Positions 21,101-27,505 of a DNA stretch of 64,000 nucleotides are shown piece by piece. Source of the DNA: Mycobacteriales bacterium (GTDB taxonomy: Bacteria; Actinomycetota; Actinomycetes; JAFAQI01). Below the pieces are notes generated by a model that was given only the letters and a program-made list of their open reading frames with translations, was not told the origin of the DNA and searched no databases. A program made the translations under genes and the position numbers. The DNA is taken from contig DATAUK010000015.1 in the NCBI GenBank assembly GCA_036268295.1, forward strand, positions 9,527 through 73,526, read 5' to 3'. Numbering within the stretch: position 1 is the stretch's first letter; each line of letters begins with the position of its first letter.

Positions 21101-22597
21101 GCCGCCGCGACACTGGCTCCTGGCGCAAGCGTGACGTGTACGGCGACCTACCCGGTGACCCAGTCCGACGTCGACCACGGCACCGTGGTCAACACCGCGA
21201 CGGCGACCGGCACGCCGCCGAGCTGGGCGCCGGGCCCGGTCGTCTCGCCGCCGTCGACGGTCACCATGCCGCAGCCCGCCTTGCCTGCGCTGACGCTGGA
21301 CCAGTCGGTGTCACCGACCATCGTGCATCACGCCGGGCAGCAGGTCACGTACTCGTTCGTCATGACCAACGGCGGGAACGTCACGCTCACCGCCGCGACG
21401 ATCGACGAGTCGACCTTCACCGGCACCGGCTCGATCTCCCCGGTCGACTGTCCGGCCGGCGCGAGCTCGATGGCGCCGCAGGCGCAAGTGACCTGTACCG
21501 CGACTTACCAGGCCACCCAGGCCGACATCAACGCCGGCCAGGTGAGCAACATCGCGACGGCGGCGGCGGTCCCGCCGGGCGGGACGCGTCATTCGGTGGT
21601 CTCGCCGCCCTCGACCGCGGTCTTCACCGCAACCGCGCCGCCGGCGATCAGGATCGTGAAGACCGCGAGCCCGATGACGATCTCCCGCCGCGGGCAGACC
21701 ATCACCTACTCGTTCCGGGTCACCAACACCGGCAACGTCACATTGCGCGGCGTCCGCGTCGACGAGGGCGCCTTCAGCGGCAGCGGCACGCTGTCGGCGG
21801 TCCGCTGCCCGGCGGCCGCTGGCGCACTCGCGCCCGGGGCGAGCGTGACCTGCACGGCAAGCTATGTTGTCACGCAGGCCGACATCGACGCCGGTTCACT
21901 GTCGAACACGGCGACCGCGTCGGCGCTCGACCCGGCCGGCAATCCGCTCACCTCACCGCCGTCGACGGCCAAGCTGCGCTCAACCGCGATCAGCAAGCTC
22001 GGCCTGGTCAAGTCGGCGCACGCCGTCGACGTCGACCATGACGGCGTGATCGACAAGGGTGACCGCATCGACTGGTCGCTGGTGGCCTCCAACCGCGGCG
22101 GGACGACGATCACCGATCTCACCGTCGTCGATCCCTCGGCCGGCACCGTCAACTGCCCGCGTACCACGCTCGCGCCAGGCGCCTCGATGAGCTGCAGCGT
22201 GGCGCCGCACACCGTCACCGCCGCCGATGTCCTCGCCGGCCACGTCCGCAACGTCGCGACCGCGACCGGCACCGTGATGGGCACGGTTCAGATCACTTCG
22301 GCGGCCGCGCGGGCAGCTGCGGTGGTCCGCCCGACCCCGGGGGCCGTCATCGTGCCCCCGCTGCCGTTCACCGGATTCGGTGCGACGATCGCACTCACCA
22401 AGGACGGTGTCCTCGCGCTCGCGCTCGGCGGGCTGCTGCTGGCGGTTTCGATGCCGCGCCGCCGCCGGCTGCTGCCGGCGCTCGATAGCGCGCCAACCAG
22501 GGGACCGGCCTGGGTGTGGCGCAGGCTCGGCCTCGCTCGCCGGTTGGTCACTCGGCGCAATCTGCCGGCCGGCTGGCGACTGGCTGCTCGGGAGTGA
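12131..22597 (+). CDS. Giant sortase-anchored fibrillar adhesin: signal peptide, CshA/CshB-like head, SpaA-like domain, 26 DUF7507/DUF11-type repeats, LPFTG sorting signal
   Basis: Uninterrupted frame 12086-22597; signal ...APSASAA; head GTYASTLCWFDL; repeats LxxxKS..GQxxTYSFxxxNTGN..E..C..C TATY..QAD.DAG...NTAT; LPFTG (22361-22375), hydrophobic stretch and RRRR. Start could be 12116 or 12131. Confidence 0.88.
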   Translation: MSRRGPRRLLGHAVSLVAIVASTLTGFVALAPSASAATPTCNFATAGTGTYASTLCWFDLSSYNAALATGAGGQQMTMTIPGGYSISFTLKVTGGAVKAAALPTYTQAFLGNSGYTGVAGEPALYQTANATTTTATLSGISLTSSAGTTLTGYSLVGADAESSDSGESITWTSTTALASLETLGNACGGGFTGAGSTTVTCTGKSVGNKTGDAILASEAPSTFSQTMVGGGLQGIGFGVLISQLEFNKTVVNGLGSDAFKISVADGSGTVLDTANTNGTASASTGVIPVLAGTDGEKYTLSESATVGTLANYTQSWSCTRNGGADATLPTGAAGTTAKVTLNIGDSVICTITNTALSTTLGLVKHAGTPVDVNHDGLVDTGDTIPYTFTVTNNGAIAITNISVTDAKVGAVTCPLNSLAVGASQTCTANAPYTVTAADVTAGAVTNTATATASVSGTTAITTSPPSSTTTPTTAPAPSLKLTKSVSPATVTTAGQIATYSFVIKNTGNVTITNAGVTESAFTGSGTLSAITCPAGAASMAPNASVTCTATYPVSQADLNAGSVSNTASAAGKSPAGATITSASSTAKITVTQNPALTLNKSVSPTSAMTAGQVLTYSFVITNTGNLTLTSAAVNEGTFTGSGTLSAATCPAGAAAMAPGAQITCTATYTVTQADIDAATITNTATATATPPAGVTGPTVSPPSSVTMPEPANPAMTIKKTVTPTTVTTAGQTLSYSFLITNTGNVTIHTVAVAETAFTGSGTPSAVTCPAGAASLAPGAQVTCTGTYVVTQADMDAGSVSNTADATGRSPSGGTVTSPGSTALATVVANPALAVDKTASPTSVSAAGQTITYSFLITNTGNQTLHGVTAVETLFSGTGTMSALSCPAGAASLAPVAQVTCTATYVVTQADVDAGSVSNTAAATGKSPSAATITSATSNATVTVTNAPALTVTKSVLPTLVSAAGQTVTYSFLVKNTGNLTMHAVSINEGAFTGSGTVSAVSCPAGNIAPNATTTCTATYVVTQADMDTGSVSNTATASAKSPAGATTTSAPSTVSFTATNAPALTVTKSVLPTSVSTLGQSATFSFLVKNTGNVTMHGITINEGAFTGTGTLSAVSCPAGAASLAPAATVTCTATYAITQADLDAGSVSNTATASGLNPAGATTTSAPSTVSLTTTALPALTVTKSVLPTSVSAAGQTVTYSFLVRNTGNVTMTAIGITEGAFSGTGTMSALSCPAGAASLAPNASVTCTATYAVTQADMDAGSVTNTATAHGKDPAGATTTSSGSTATLSVTAHPVLDLVKSAAPIGPTNLSVGEVITYSYLVTNAGNVTLSNGAIDEGEFTGHGTLSAVSCPAGMTSIAPTASFTCTATYTVTQADVDAGTIANTATAVASPPAGVTGPTISAPSTVTMPATDEPSLTLHKSVSPSSVTAAGQTVTYSFLLINTGNVTVAGATINEGAFGGSGTLSAINCPAGISSMAPGAEVTCTATYAVTQPDVDAGSISNSATASGTDPLGATVTAPTSTATLTATASPSLTLTKTASPTTVTAATQTVTYSYLIRNTGNVTLGEPTVNETGFSGTGTLSALSCPPAAASIAPNAAVTCTATYVVTQDDMDAGTLTNTATVTASPPSGPAITSAPSSVTVAATASPALTVAKSVAPTSVSAAGQGVTYSFLITNTGNVTMHGVSVAEVAFSGTGTLGTLGCPGAMSMAPAAQVTCTAPYTVTQADIDAGTVTNTAHATGTSPAGATITSPNSSATLAVTATPALTVTKSVLPTAVSAAGQSVTYSFAVKNTGNQTLHAISVTEGAFSGTGTLSAATCPPGSLAPNATATCTATYTVTQADLDAGSVTNTATASALDPAGTSHTSAPSTATLAVTANPRLTVAKSASPSAISAVGQTVTYSFLLRNTGNQTMTAATVNEGAFSGSGSLSAISCPAGAASIAPTATVTCTATYVVTQADLDAGTLTNTATVSAKDPTGSNHTSPPSSATVTTTPGAALTINKTASPSTVDTVGQVVTYSFLITNTGNLTLTGATVDEGAFSGSGLLSAVSCPAGAASMAPNATVTCTATYSITQADLDAGSVTNSATVDAAPPAGFVGPIVSAPSSTTVTATAGPALTVSKSVAPTSVSAAGQGVTYSFLVHNTGNQTIHSVTVNEGAFSGTGSLSAATCPAGAASMAPAATVTCTATYTVTQADIDAGLVTNTATVSGKNPANVSVTSTPSSAMFAVGAAPALTVSKSVLPTSVSASGQGVTYSFAVRNTGNVTLHSVTVNEGAFSGTGTPSAVSCPAGAASLAPNATVTCTATYTVTQADIDAGSVSNTATASGTDPSGTTLTSAPSTVTLAAPAAPALTVTKSVLPNAVSAVGQGVTYSFAVRNTGNVTLHAITVNEGVFSGTGTLSAATCPGGQLAPGASATCTATYTVTQADIDAGTLTNTATVSGTDPASVVATSAPSTATVTAAASPSLTVSKTASPTTVVGAGQLVSYSFLVTNTGNVTLHAITVNEGAFSGTGTLSAATCPGGSLAPSASATCTATYTVTQADIDAGSISNTATVSAKDPANATSTSVPSTAVVTTLEGPALTLDKTASPTSVSTAGQTITYSFLITNTGNATLTGATIDEGNFTGSGLLSAVSCPAGSASMAPNATVTCTATYTVSQADIDAGSIANTATAVATPPSDLVGPIVSPPSTSAVSVDANPALTVVKSVSPTSVSAAGQGVTYSFLVTNTGNVTMHGISVNEGPFSGTGTLSSATCPPGSLAPSASVTCTATYIVTQADLDAGSVSNTATVTGLDPTGAPETSSPSTATLSAPAAPALRIQKTASPTAVDSVGQTVTYSFLVTNSGNVTMHAVTVNEGAFSGSGTLSTASCPAGSLAPSASVTCTATYDVTQADLDAGSVTNTATASATDPTGTTLASAPSTATVSVTAEPGLSLVKSAGPIGPATLTPGEVITYSFLVTNTGNLTITDVGIDEGAFNGSGLLSAVSCPPAAATLAPGASVTCTATYPVTQSDVDHGTVVNTATATGTPPSWAPGPVVSPPSTVTMPQPALPALTLDQSVSPTIVHHAGQQVTYSFVMTNGGNVTLTAATIDESTFTGTGSISPVDCPAGASSMAPQAQVTCTATYQATQADINAGQVSNIATAAAVPPGGTRHSVVSPPSTAVFTATAPPAIRIVKTASPMTISRRGQTITYSFRVTNTGNVTLRGVRVDEGAFSGSGTLSAVRCPAAAGALAPGASVTCTASYVVTQADIDAGSLSNTATASALDPAGNPLTSPPSTAKLRSTAISKLGLVKSAHAVDVDHDGVIDKGDRIDWSLVASNRGGTTITDLTVVDPSAGTVNCPRTTLAPGASMSCSVAPHTVTAADVLAGHVRNVATATGTVMGTVQITSAAARAAAVVRPTPGAVIVPPLPFTGFGATIALTKDGVLALALGGLLLAVSMPRRRRLLPALDSAPTRGPAWVWRRLGLARRLVTRRNLPAGWRLAARE
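13198..22344 (+). repeat. Array of 26 intragenic ~345-365 bp repeats (Ig-like domains of ~115-121 aa)
   Basis: Counted by hand from the translation; each has one Cys pair and the NxG and NxAT motifs. Confidence 0.9.
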
Positions 22598-22606
22598 GCA
22601 GCAGTC

Positions 22607-22624
22607 TGTCAATCAGGATTGACA
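22607..22624. promoter_or_regulatory. Perfect palindrome TGTCAATC-AG-GATTGACA just after the adhesin stop
   Basis: 8-bp arms and 2-nt spacer, AT-rich; function (terminator stem or operator) unclear. Confidence 0.35.
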
Positions 22625-22682
22625 TAGCGGCCGGGTCACCCCGGCCTTGAATTGACGCAGTGGCCGGTCCAGCCGGCCGCGG

Positions 22683-22820
22683 CTATACGCGCCGGCCCGA
22701 GAGCGCGTGAATGACGAAGACGATCAGGGCGATGATCAGTCCGAGCCAGAGGATGTGCGCGACGAAGGCGCCGAGTCCGGCGAATACCAGCAGCAAGAGA
22801 ATTGCAACGATGAGCAACAC
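22683..22820 (-). CDS. Small hydrophobic two-TM protein (45 aa), missing from the ORF track
   Basis: GGAGG RBS 5 nt before GTG; MLLIVAILLLLVFAGLGAFVAHILWLGLIIALIVFVIHALSGRRV then TAG. Confidence 0.8.
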   Translation of the reverse strand: MLLIVAILLLLVFAGLGAFVAHILWLGLIIALIVFVIHALSGRRV

Positions 22821-22865
22821 GGGGACCTCCGGGGTCCGTTGTCGGCTGGGCGGTCGAGAACCGGC

Positions 22866-24350
22866 CTACCCCGCCAGCGGCGACTTTATGTCCGCCGGTT
22901 GTGACACAAAGTTGCGAGATGGTGCAACCGGTGTGACAGTGGCCAAAACCGCCGCCGGTGCCCGGGTCAACAGGGCGGCCGCGACCGCAGCCGCGGCCAC
23001 GAAGAACGTGATGATCATCTCGAGGGCGTGACGGTAGGGCGTCAGCGAGCCGGGAGCATGGCCCGCGGCGAGTACGCCGATCAGGGCGGCGACGCCGAGA
23101 ACCGATCCGACCTGACGGGCCATGTTGAGCACACCGCTTCCGGTGCCGAACCATGCCGGCGGCAGCGCTGCGGTGCCCACTCCGAGCAACGAGGGAATCG
23201 TCAGGCCGACGCCCATGCCGCCGATCAGCTGCGCCGGGAGCAGGTGGCTGGCGTAGGCATGCGAAGCCTGCAGGCCGTGCAGCCACAGCCCTTGCGATCC
23301 GGCATTGACCAGCGCGCCGAGCACGGCAACCCGCCCGGCGCCACCGATTCGGACCGCCAGCCTTGGTGCGACGATCCGGGCGAACGGCAAGACGCAGAGC
23401 GGACCCGGCGCGATCGCAAGTCCGGCGCGGACCGCCGAGTAGTGCCATTCGCCGGTCAGGAACTCGACCGAGTTGAGGACGAAAGCCCCGAAACCGGCGT
23501 AATAGAGGATGGAGACCGCGAAGGCCCCGCTGAATGAGCGCAATCGCAGCAGCGGAAGCTCGATAATCGGCGCCGGATGGCGGGCCGAGTGGGCGAGGAC
23601 GGCCGCGATCCCGGCGACGGCGAGCACCGCAATCCCCAGCACGTTGAACGAGAGCCAGCCCCACTCCGGCGCCTTGACCATCGCCAGCGCGAGCAGCCCG
23701 ACCGAGGCGGCAACCAGGAGCGCGCCGATGATGTCTGGTCGCGGGTGGGCATTCGGGTCTCGGCTTTCCGGGATGGCGCGGTGCGCCAGCGCGAGTGCGA
23801 CCAGGCCGACCGGGACGTTGACCCAGAAGACCAGCCGCCAGCTCTCCTGGACAAGCAGGCCGCCGACGACCGGCCCGAGGCCGGCGCCGAGCGCCCCGAC
23901 TGCCGACCAGGTGCCGATGGCCCGGGCGCGACCAGCCGGCGGCACTACCGCGAGCAGCAGCGACAGTGAGGTCGGCACCATCATGCCCGCGCCGACCGCC
24001 TGCAGCACGCGTGCCGCGACGAGCGCGATGACGTCCGGTGCGACGCCGCAGATGGCGGATCCGATCGTGAACGCGAGCAGCCCGGTGCTGAACACCCGGC
24101 GACGCCCGATGCGGTCGGCCCAACGGCCGGCGGGCACGAGCACCGCCGCGAACGCGATCGTGTAGCCGTTGAGCACCCAGGACAGCGCGCCGAGGCTGGT
24201 GCCCCCGAAGTCGTGCCCGATGTAGGGGAACGCGAGATTGACGATGAACAGGTCGAGGCTGGACATGAAAACGCCGAGTGAGAGCACCGCGACGGCGATG
24301 GCCGCCGGCGAGAGCCTTCGATGGGTCATAGCGGGGTCGGCGAGCGTCAT
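22866..24350 (-). CDS. DHA2 (EmrB/QacA-like) MFS efflux transporter
   Basis: FMSSLDLFIVNLAFP, GRWADRIGRRR motif A, WRLVFWVNVPVG, about 14 TMs. Confidence 0.92.
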   Translation of the reverse strand: MTLADPAMTHRRLSPAAIAVAVLSLGVFMSSLDLFIVNLAFPYIGHDFGGTSLGALSWVLNGYTIAFAAVLVPAGRWADRIGRRRVFSTGLLAFTIGSAICGVAPDVIALVAARVLQAVGAGMMVPTSLSLLLAVVPPAGRARAIGTWSAVGALGAGLGPVVGGLLVQESWRLVFWVNVPVGLVALALAHRAIPESRDPNAHPRPDIIGALLVAASVGLLALAMVKAPEWGWLSFNVLGIAVLAVAGIAAVLAHSARHPAPIIELPLLRLRSFSGAFAVSILYYAGFGAFVLNSVEFLTGEWHYSAVRAGLAIAPGPLCVLPFARIVAPRLAVRIGGAGRVAVLGALVNAGSQGLWLHGLQASHAYASHLLPAQLIGGMGVGLTIPSLLGVGTAALPPAWFGTGSGVLNMARQVGSVLGVAALIGVLAAGHAPGSLTPYRHALEMIITFFVAAAAVAAALLTRAPAAVLATVTPVAPSRNFVSQPADIKSPLAG

Positions 24351-24440
24351 GTGCGGCCTCCATGGCGGGTCAGTCCGGATTCTGGATGGACGCTACCGGA
24401 GTTAGTCCGAAAAATCGACTGACTGGCGTATGCTGCTGTC

Positions 24441-24887
24441 ATGGCCACCGCGAAACCAGCACCGCGCACCTGCTCGGTCGCCCGGACCCTCGAGGTTGTG
24501 GGGGAGAAATGGGCGCTGTTGGCGATCCGCGAGGTCTTTCTCGGCGTACGCCGGTTCGAGGAGATGCTGACCAACATCGGCGCGCCACGCGACACGCTGG
24601 CCGCCCGGCTGAGGACCCTGGTCGAGCACGGCATCCTCGAGCGCCGGCAATACAGCGACCACCCGCCGCGGGACGAGTACGTTCTGAGCGCCGCCGGCCG
24701 CGATTTATATCCGGTGATTCTCGGCCTGATGCAGTGGGGTGACCGCCATCGACCGGTCGACGGTGGTCCGCCGATGGTGCTCGACCACGCCTGTGGGCAT
24801 CGGCTGGAGCCGCGGTTGGACTGCGCGCATTGCGGCGAGCAGATCCAGGCCCGTCAGATCACCCGCGTCACCAGCGCGAGATTGTGA
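24441..24887 (+). CDS. HxlR-family winged-helix transcriptional regulator
   Basis: CSVARTLEVVGEKWALL, RRFEE, LAARLRTLVEHG, EYVLSAAGRDL, LMQWGD; divergent from the MFS gene. Confidence 0.92.
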   Translation: MATAKPAPRTCSVARTLEVVGEKWALLAIREVFLGVRRFEEMLTNIGAPRDTLAARLRTLVEHGILERRQYSDHPPRDEYVLSAAGRDLYPVILGLMQWGDRHRPVDGGPPMVLDHACGHRLEPRLDCAHCGEQIQARQITRVTSARL

Positions 24888-25025
24888 ACCACCACTAAAC
24901 CGCCGGCGGCCGGCCGGAGTTCACAACCCGGTCGAGTCGGCGACCAAACCGGACATCGAGAACAAACCGGTCCTGCGAGGCGCGCCAGGTTAACAGCTGG
25001 CTTTAGCTTTTCGGCCAGCCAACGC

Positions 25026-25802
25026 TCAATGCTGGCGGTGGTGGCGCTTGGCTCGAGCCGGTTTCGGGCGGGCGGCGACGACCAACCGGGCACCGATCAG
25101 CAGTATCGCGACCGCGACCACGGCCAGTTGTGTGAGGTCGCTGCCGCCGGTCATCGGCAGCGCCGGCGCCGCGGCCGCCGAGCTGGCGCTCACCGACGGC
25201 GACGGTTTCGGCGTCGTGCTGTGGCGGTGCGTCGGTGTCGGTGTCGGTGTCGGGGTGGCCGAGTGCGTGACGGTCCGGGTCGGCGTGGGTGTCGGCGACG
25301 GGCTCGGTGCGACGACCGGGATCGTGTCGCTCGCGTCGGCGGTGTCGTCGCAGACCTGCGCGTTCGGCTTCGCCCGGCGAGCACCCGAGGACTGCCCCTG
25401 GATGCCTACCCGCTCCTCAACGTGGCAGTAGTCAGTCTCGTCGGACGGGTCGCCGACCGCATTCGGATCGACGGTGATCGCAATGGTGGTGTCGCCGGCG
25501 ATGATGGTGTCGTCCTCACAGGTCAGCGTCTGACCCGCGGCCGCGCAGGTGTAGTCCGCCGCCACGGTGCTGACGTAGGTCAATGAGTCAGGCAAGGTGT
25601 CGGTGATCGTGACCGTGCCCCGCGCGTCATCAGCCAGATATTGGGCATCGATCGTGATCGTGCCCTGCTGCCCGACGACGAACGGGTCGGGTGAATGGCT
25701 GATGTTGAGGTCGACGTTGGAGTCCGCGAACGCGGCACTCGGCGAGACGAGGACCAGCAGGCCAGCCGCCAGCGCGAGAACACTCAAGCGCCCTGCGCGC
25801 AC
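25026..25802 (-). CDS. Secreted LPxTG-anchored protein with one DUF11-like domain and a Pro/Thr linker
   Basis: Signal peptide ...SAAFA; VTITDTLPDSLTYVS..YTC..QTLTC; (PT)n linker; LPMTG, TM and basic tail. Confidence 0.8.
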   Translation of the reverse strand: MRAGRLSVLALAAGLLVLVSPSAAFADSNVDLNISHSPDPFVVGQQGTITIDAQYLADDARGTVTITDTLPDSLTYVSTVAADYTCAAAGQTLTCEDDTIIAGDTTIAITVDPNAVGDPSDETDYCHVEERVGIQGQSSGARRAKPNAQVCDDTADASDTIPVVAPSPSPTPTPTRTVTHSATPTPTPTPTHRHSTTPKPSPSVSASSAAAAPALPMTGGSDLTQLAVVAVAILLIGARLVVAARPKPARAKRHHRQH

Positions 25803-25976
25803 AGGTCACCCCCATCTGGTGAGATCTCGGACTCTATTTTGTTTGGTGAGGTAGGTAACTGCCTTGATCGACATCTCGAGGACCAGAAAACCGAAACCGA
25901 TTCGGTCCGGGGGTTCCCCAGCCGCCGTCCTCGCCGCTATGGTTCGCCGGATGGCATCGATACGCGGCGGGTTCAG

Positions 25977-26786
25977 GTGAGCGAGGCCGGGGCTGTCCTG
26001 CTCGATGTCCAGCACATCACGGTGCGGTTCGGCGGGCTGACCGCACTGACCGACGTCTCGGCCTCGGTGCGCGGCGGCGAGATCGTCGGGGTGATCGGTC
26101 CGAACGGCGCCGGCAAGACCACGCTGTTCAACGTCGTCTGCGGCTTCGTGCGGCCGAGCGAAGGCGAGATGCGATGGCGTGGTCAGCCGCTGCTACGCCA
26201 CAAGCCTCATCAGCTCGCCTCGCTCGGGATCGCCCGCACGCTTCAGGCGCTCGGACTGTTTCCGCACCTGTCGGTGCTCGACAACGTCGTCATCGGCGCC
26301 GATCGCCATGCCAAGGCCTGGTTCGGCTCCGGACTGTTCGGCCTGCCCTATAGCGACAGCGACGAGCGGGCGCTGCGAGCCCGGGCAATGGCGACGCTCG
26401 ACGAGCTCGGCATCACCGATGCGGCGGAGCTGTTGCCGAGCCAGTTGCCGTACGGCGTGCAGAAGCGGGTGGCGCTCGCCCGCGCCATGGTTGCCGAACC
26501 TGACCTGTTGCTGCTCGACGAACCGGCGTCCGGACTGTCCGCTCAGGAGATGACGGAGCTGAGCGAGCTGCTGCGTTCGCTCAAAGAGCGGACCGCGGTG
26601 CTGCTCGTGGAGCATCACATGGACCTCGTCATGGGGGTCTGCGATCGAATCGTGGTGCTCGACTTCGGCCGGTGCATCGCCGACGGCACTCCGGCCGAGG
26701 TGAAGGACGACCCGAACGTGTTGGAGGCCTACCTCGGCGAGCAGATCGACGACAGCACGCAAGGGGTGGGCGATGCTCGCGCTTGA
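25977..26786 (+). CDS. Branched-chain amino acid-type ABC transporter ATP-binding protein (LivG-like)
   Basis: GPNGAGKTTLFN, LPYGVQKRVALARA, LLLDEPASG, VEHHMDLVM, AYLG; GTG start at 25977. Confidence 0.92.
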   Translation: MSEAGAVLLDVQHITVRFGGLTALTDVSASVRGGEIVGVIGPNGAGKTTLFNVVCGFVRPSEGEMRWRGQPLLRHKPHQLASLGIARTLQALGLFPHLSVLDNVVIGADRHAKAWFGSGLFGLPYSDSDERALRARAMATLDELGITDAAELLPSQLPYGVQKRVALARAMVAEPDLLLLDEPASGLSAQEMTELSELLRSLKERTAVLLVEHHMDLVMGVCDRIVVLDFGRCIADGTPAEVKDDPNVLEAYLGEQIDDSTQGVGDARA

Positions 26787-27480
26787 CGAGGTCGTCACGA
26801 CGTACGGCGCGGTGCGTGCTCTCGACGGCGTCAGCCTGCAAGTCCCCGACGGCGGAATCACCGCGGTGCTCGGCGCCAACGGCGCCGGCAAGACCACGTT
26901 GCTTCGCAGCATCAACGGGTTGGTCCGTCCGGCGTCCGGGTCGATCACCTACCGCGACCGCGACCTGGTCAGCGCCAAGGTCGAGGAGGTCGTCACCTTC
27001 GGGATCGCGCACGTGCCGGAGGGTCGTGGCGTCATCACCGAGCTCACCGTCGAGGAGAACCTCCGGCTCGGCGCGCTCTGGCGAGGTGACCGAGCCGACG
27101 CGAACGCCGGTCTCGGCGAGATTTATGCGATGTTCCCGCCGCTGGACGAGCGTCGCGGCAAGCCGGCGGACACGCTGTCCGGCGGCGAGCGCCAGATGCT
27201 CGCGATCGGAAGGGCGCTGATGAGTCGCCCGACCCTGCTGCTGCTCGACGAGCCGTCGCTCGGGCTGGCGCCGAGGGTCACGGCACAGATCATGGCGACG
27301 CTCAAGCGGTTGAGCGACGAGCAGGGACTCACCGTCGTGCTCGTTGAGCAGAACGCTCGAAGTGCGCTCTCGGTCGCCGCGACCGCGGTGGTCCTCAACC
27401 TCGGGCGAGTGGTGGCCGCCGGCGACGCCGCTGAGCTCGCCGCCGACACCAAGCTCCGACACGCCTACCTGGGGTTCTGA
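26773..27480 (+). CDS. ABC transporter ATP-binding protein (LivF-like)
   Basis: GANGAGKTT, HVPEGR, LSGGERQMLAIGRALM, LDEPSLGLAP, VEQNA. Confidence 0.93.
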   Translation: MLALDEVVTTYGAVRALDGVSLQVPDGGITAVLGANGAGKTTLLRSINGLVRPASGSITYRDRDLVSAKVEEVVTFGIAHVPEGRGVITELTVEENLRLGALWRGDRADANAGLGEIYAMFPPLDERRGKPADTLSGGERQMLAIGRALMSRPTLLLLDEPSLGLAPRVTAQIMATLKRLSDEQGLTVVLVEQNARSALSVAATAVVLNLGRVVAAGDAAELAADTKLRHAYLGF

Positions 27481-27505
27481 TGCACATCGCTGGACGTGAT
27501 CGCTG

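Noticed and set aside
13198-22344. N-x-T sequon (NVT/NLT/NQT) in nearly every repeat as N-glycosylation sites
   Set aside because: Part of the conserved NxGNxT structural motif of this repeat family; no oligosaccharyltransferase nearby
12173-22612. Many long overlapping and antisense ORFs inside the adhesin gene
   Set aside because: Shadow frames of a GC-rich repetitive gene; translations are Arg/Gly/Val low-complexity with no motifs
22636-24363. 575-aa minus-strand ORF
   Set aside because: Alternative frame over the MFS gene; Arg/Gly-rich with no motifs
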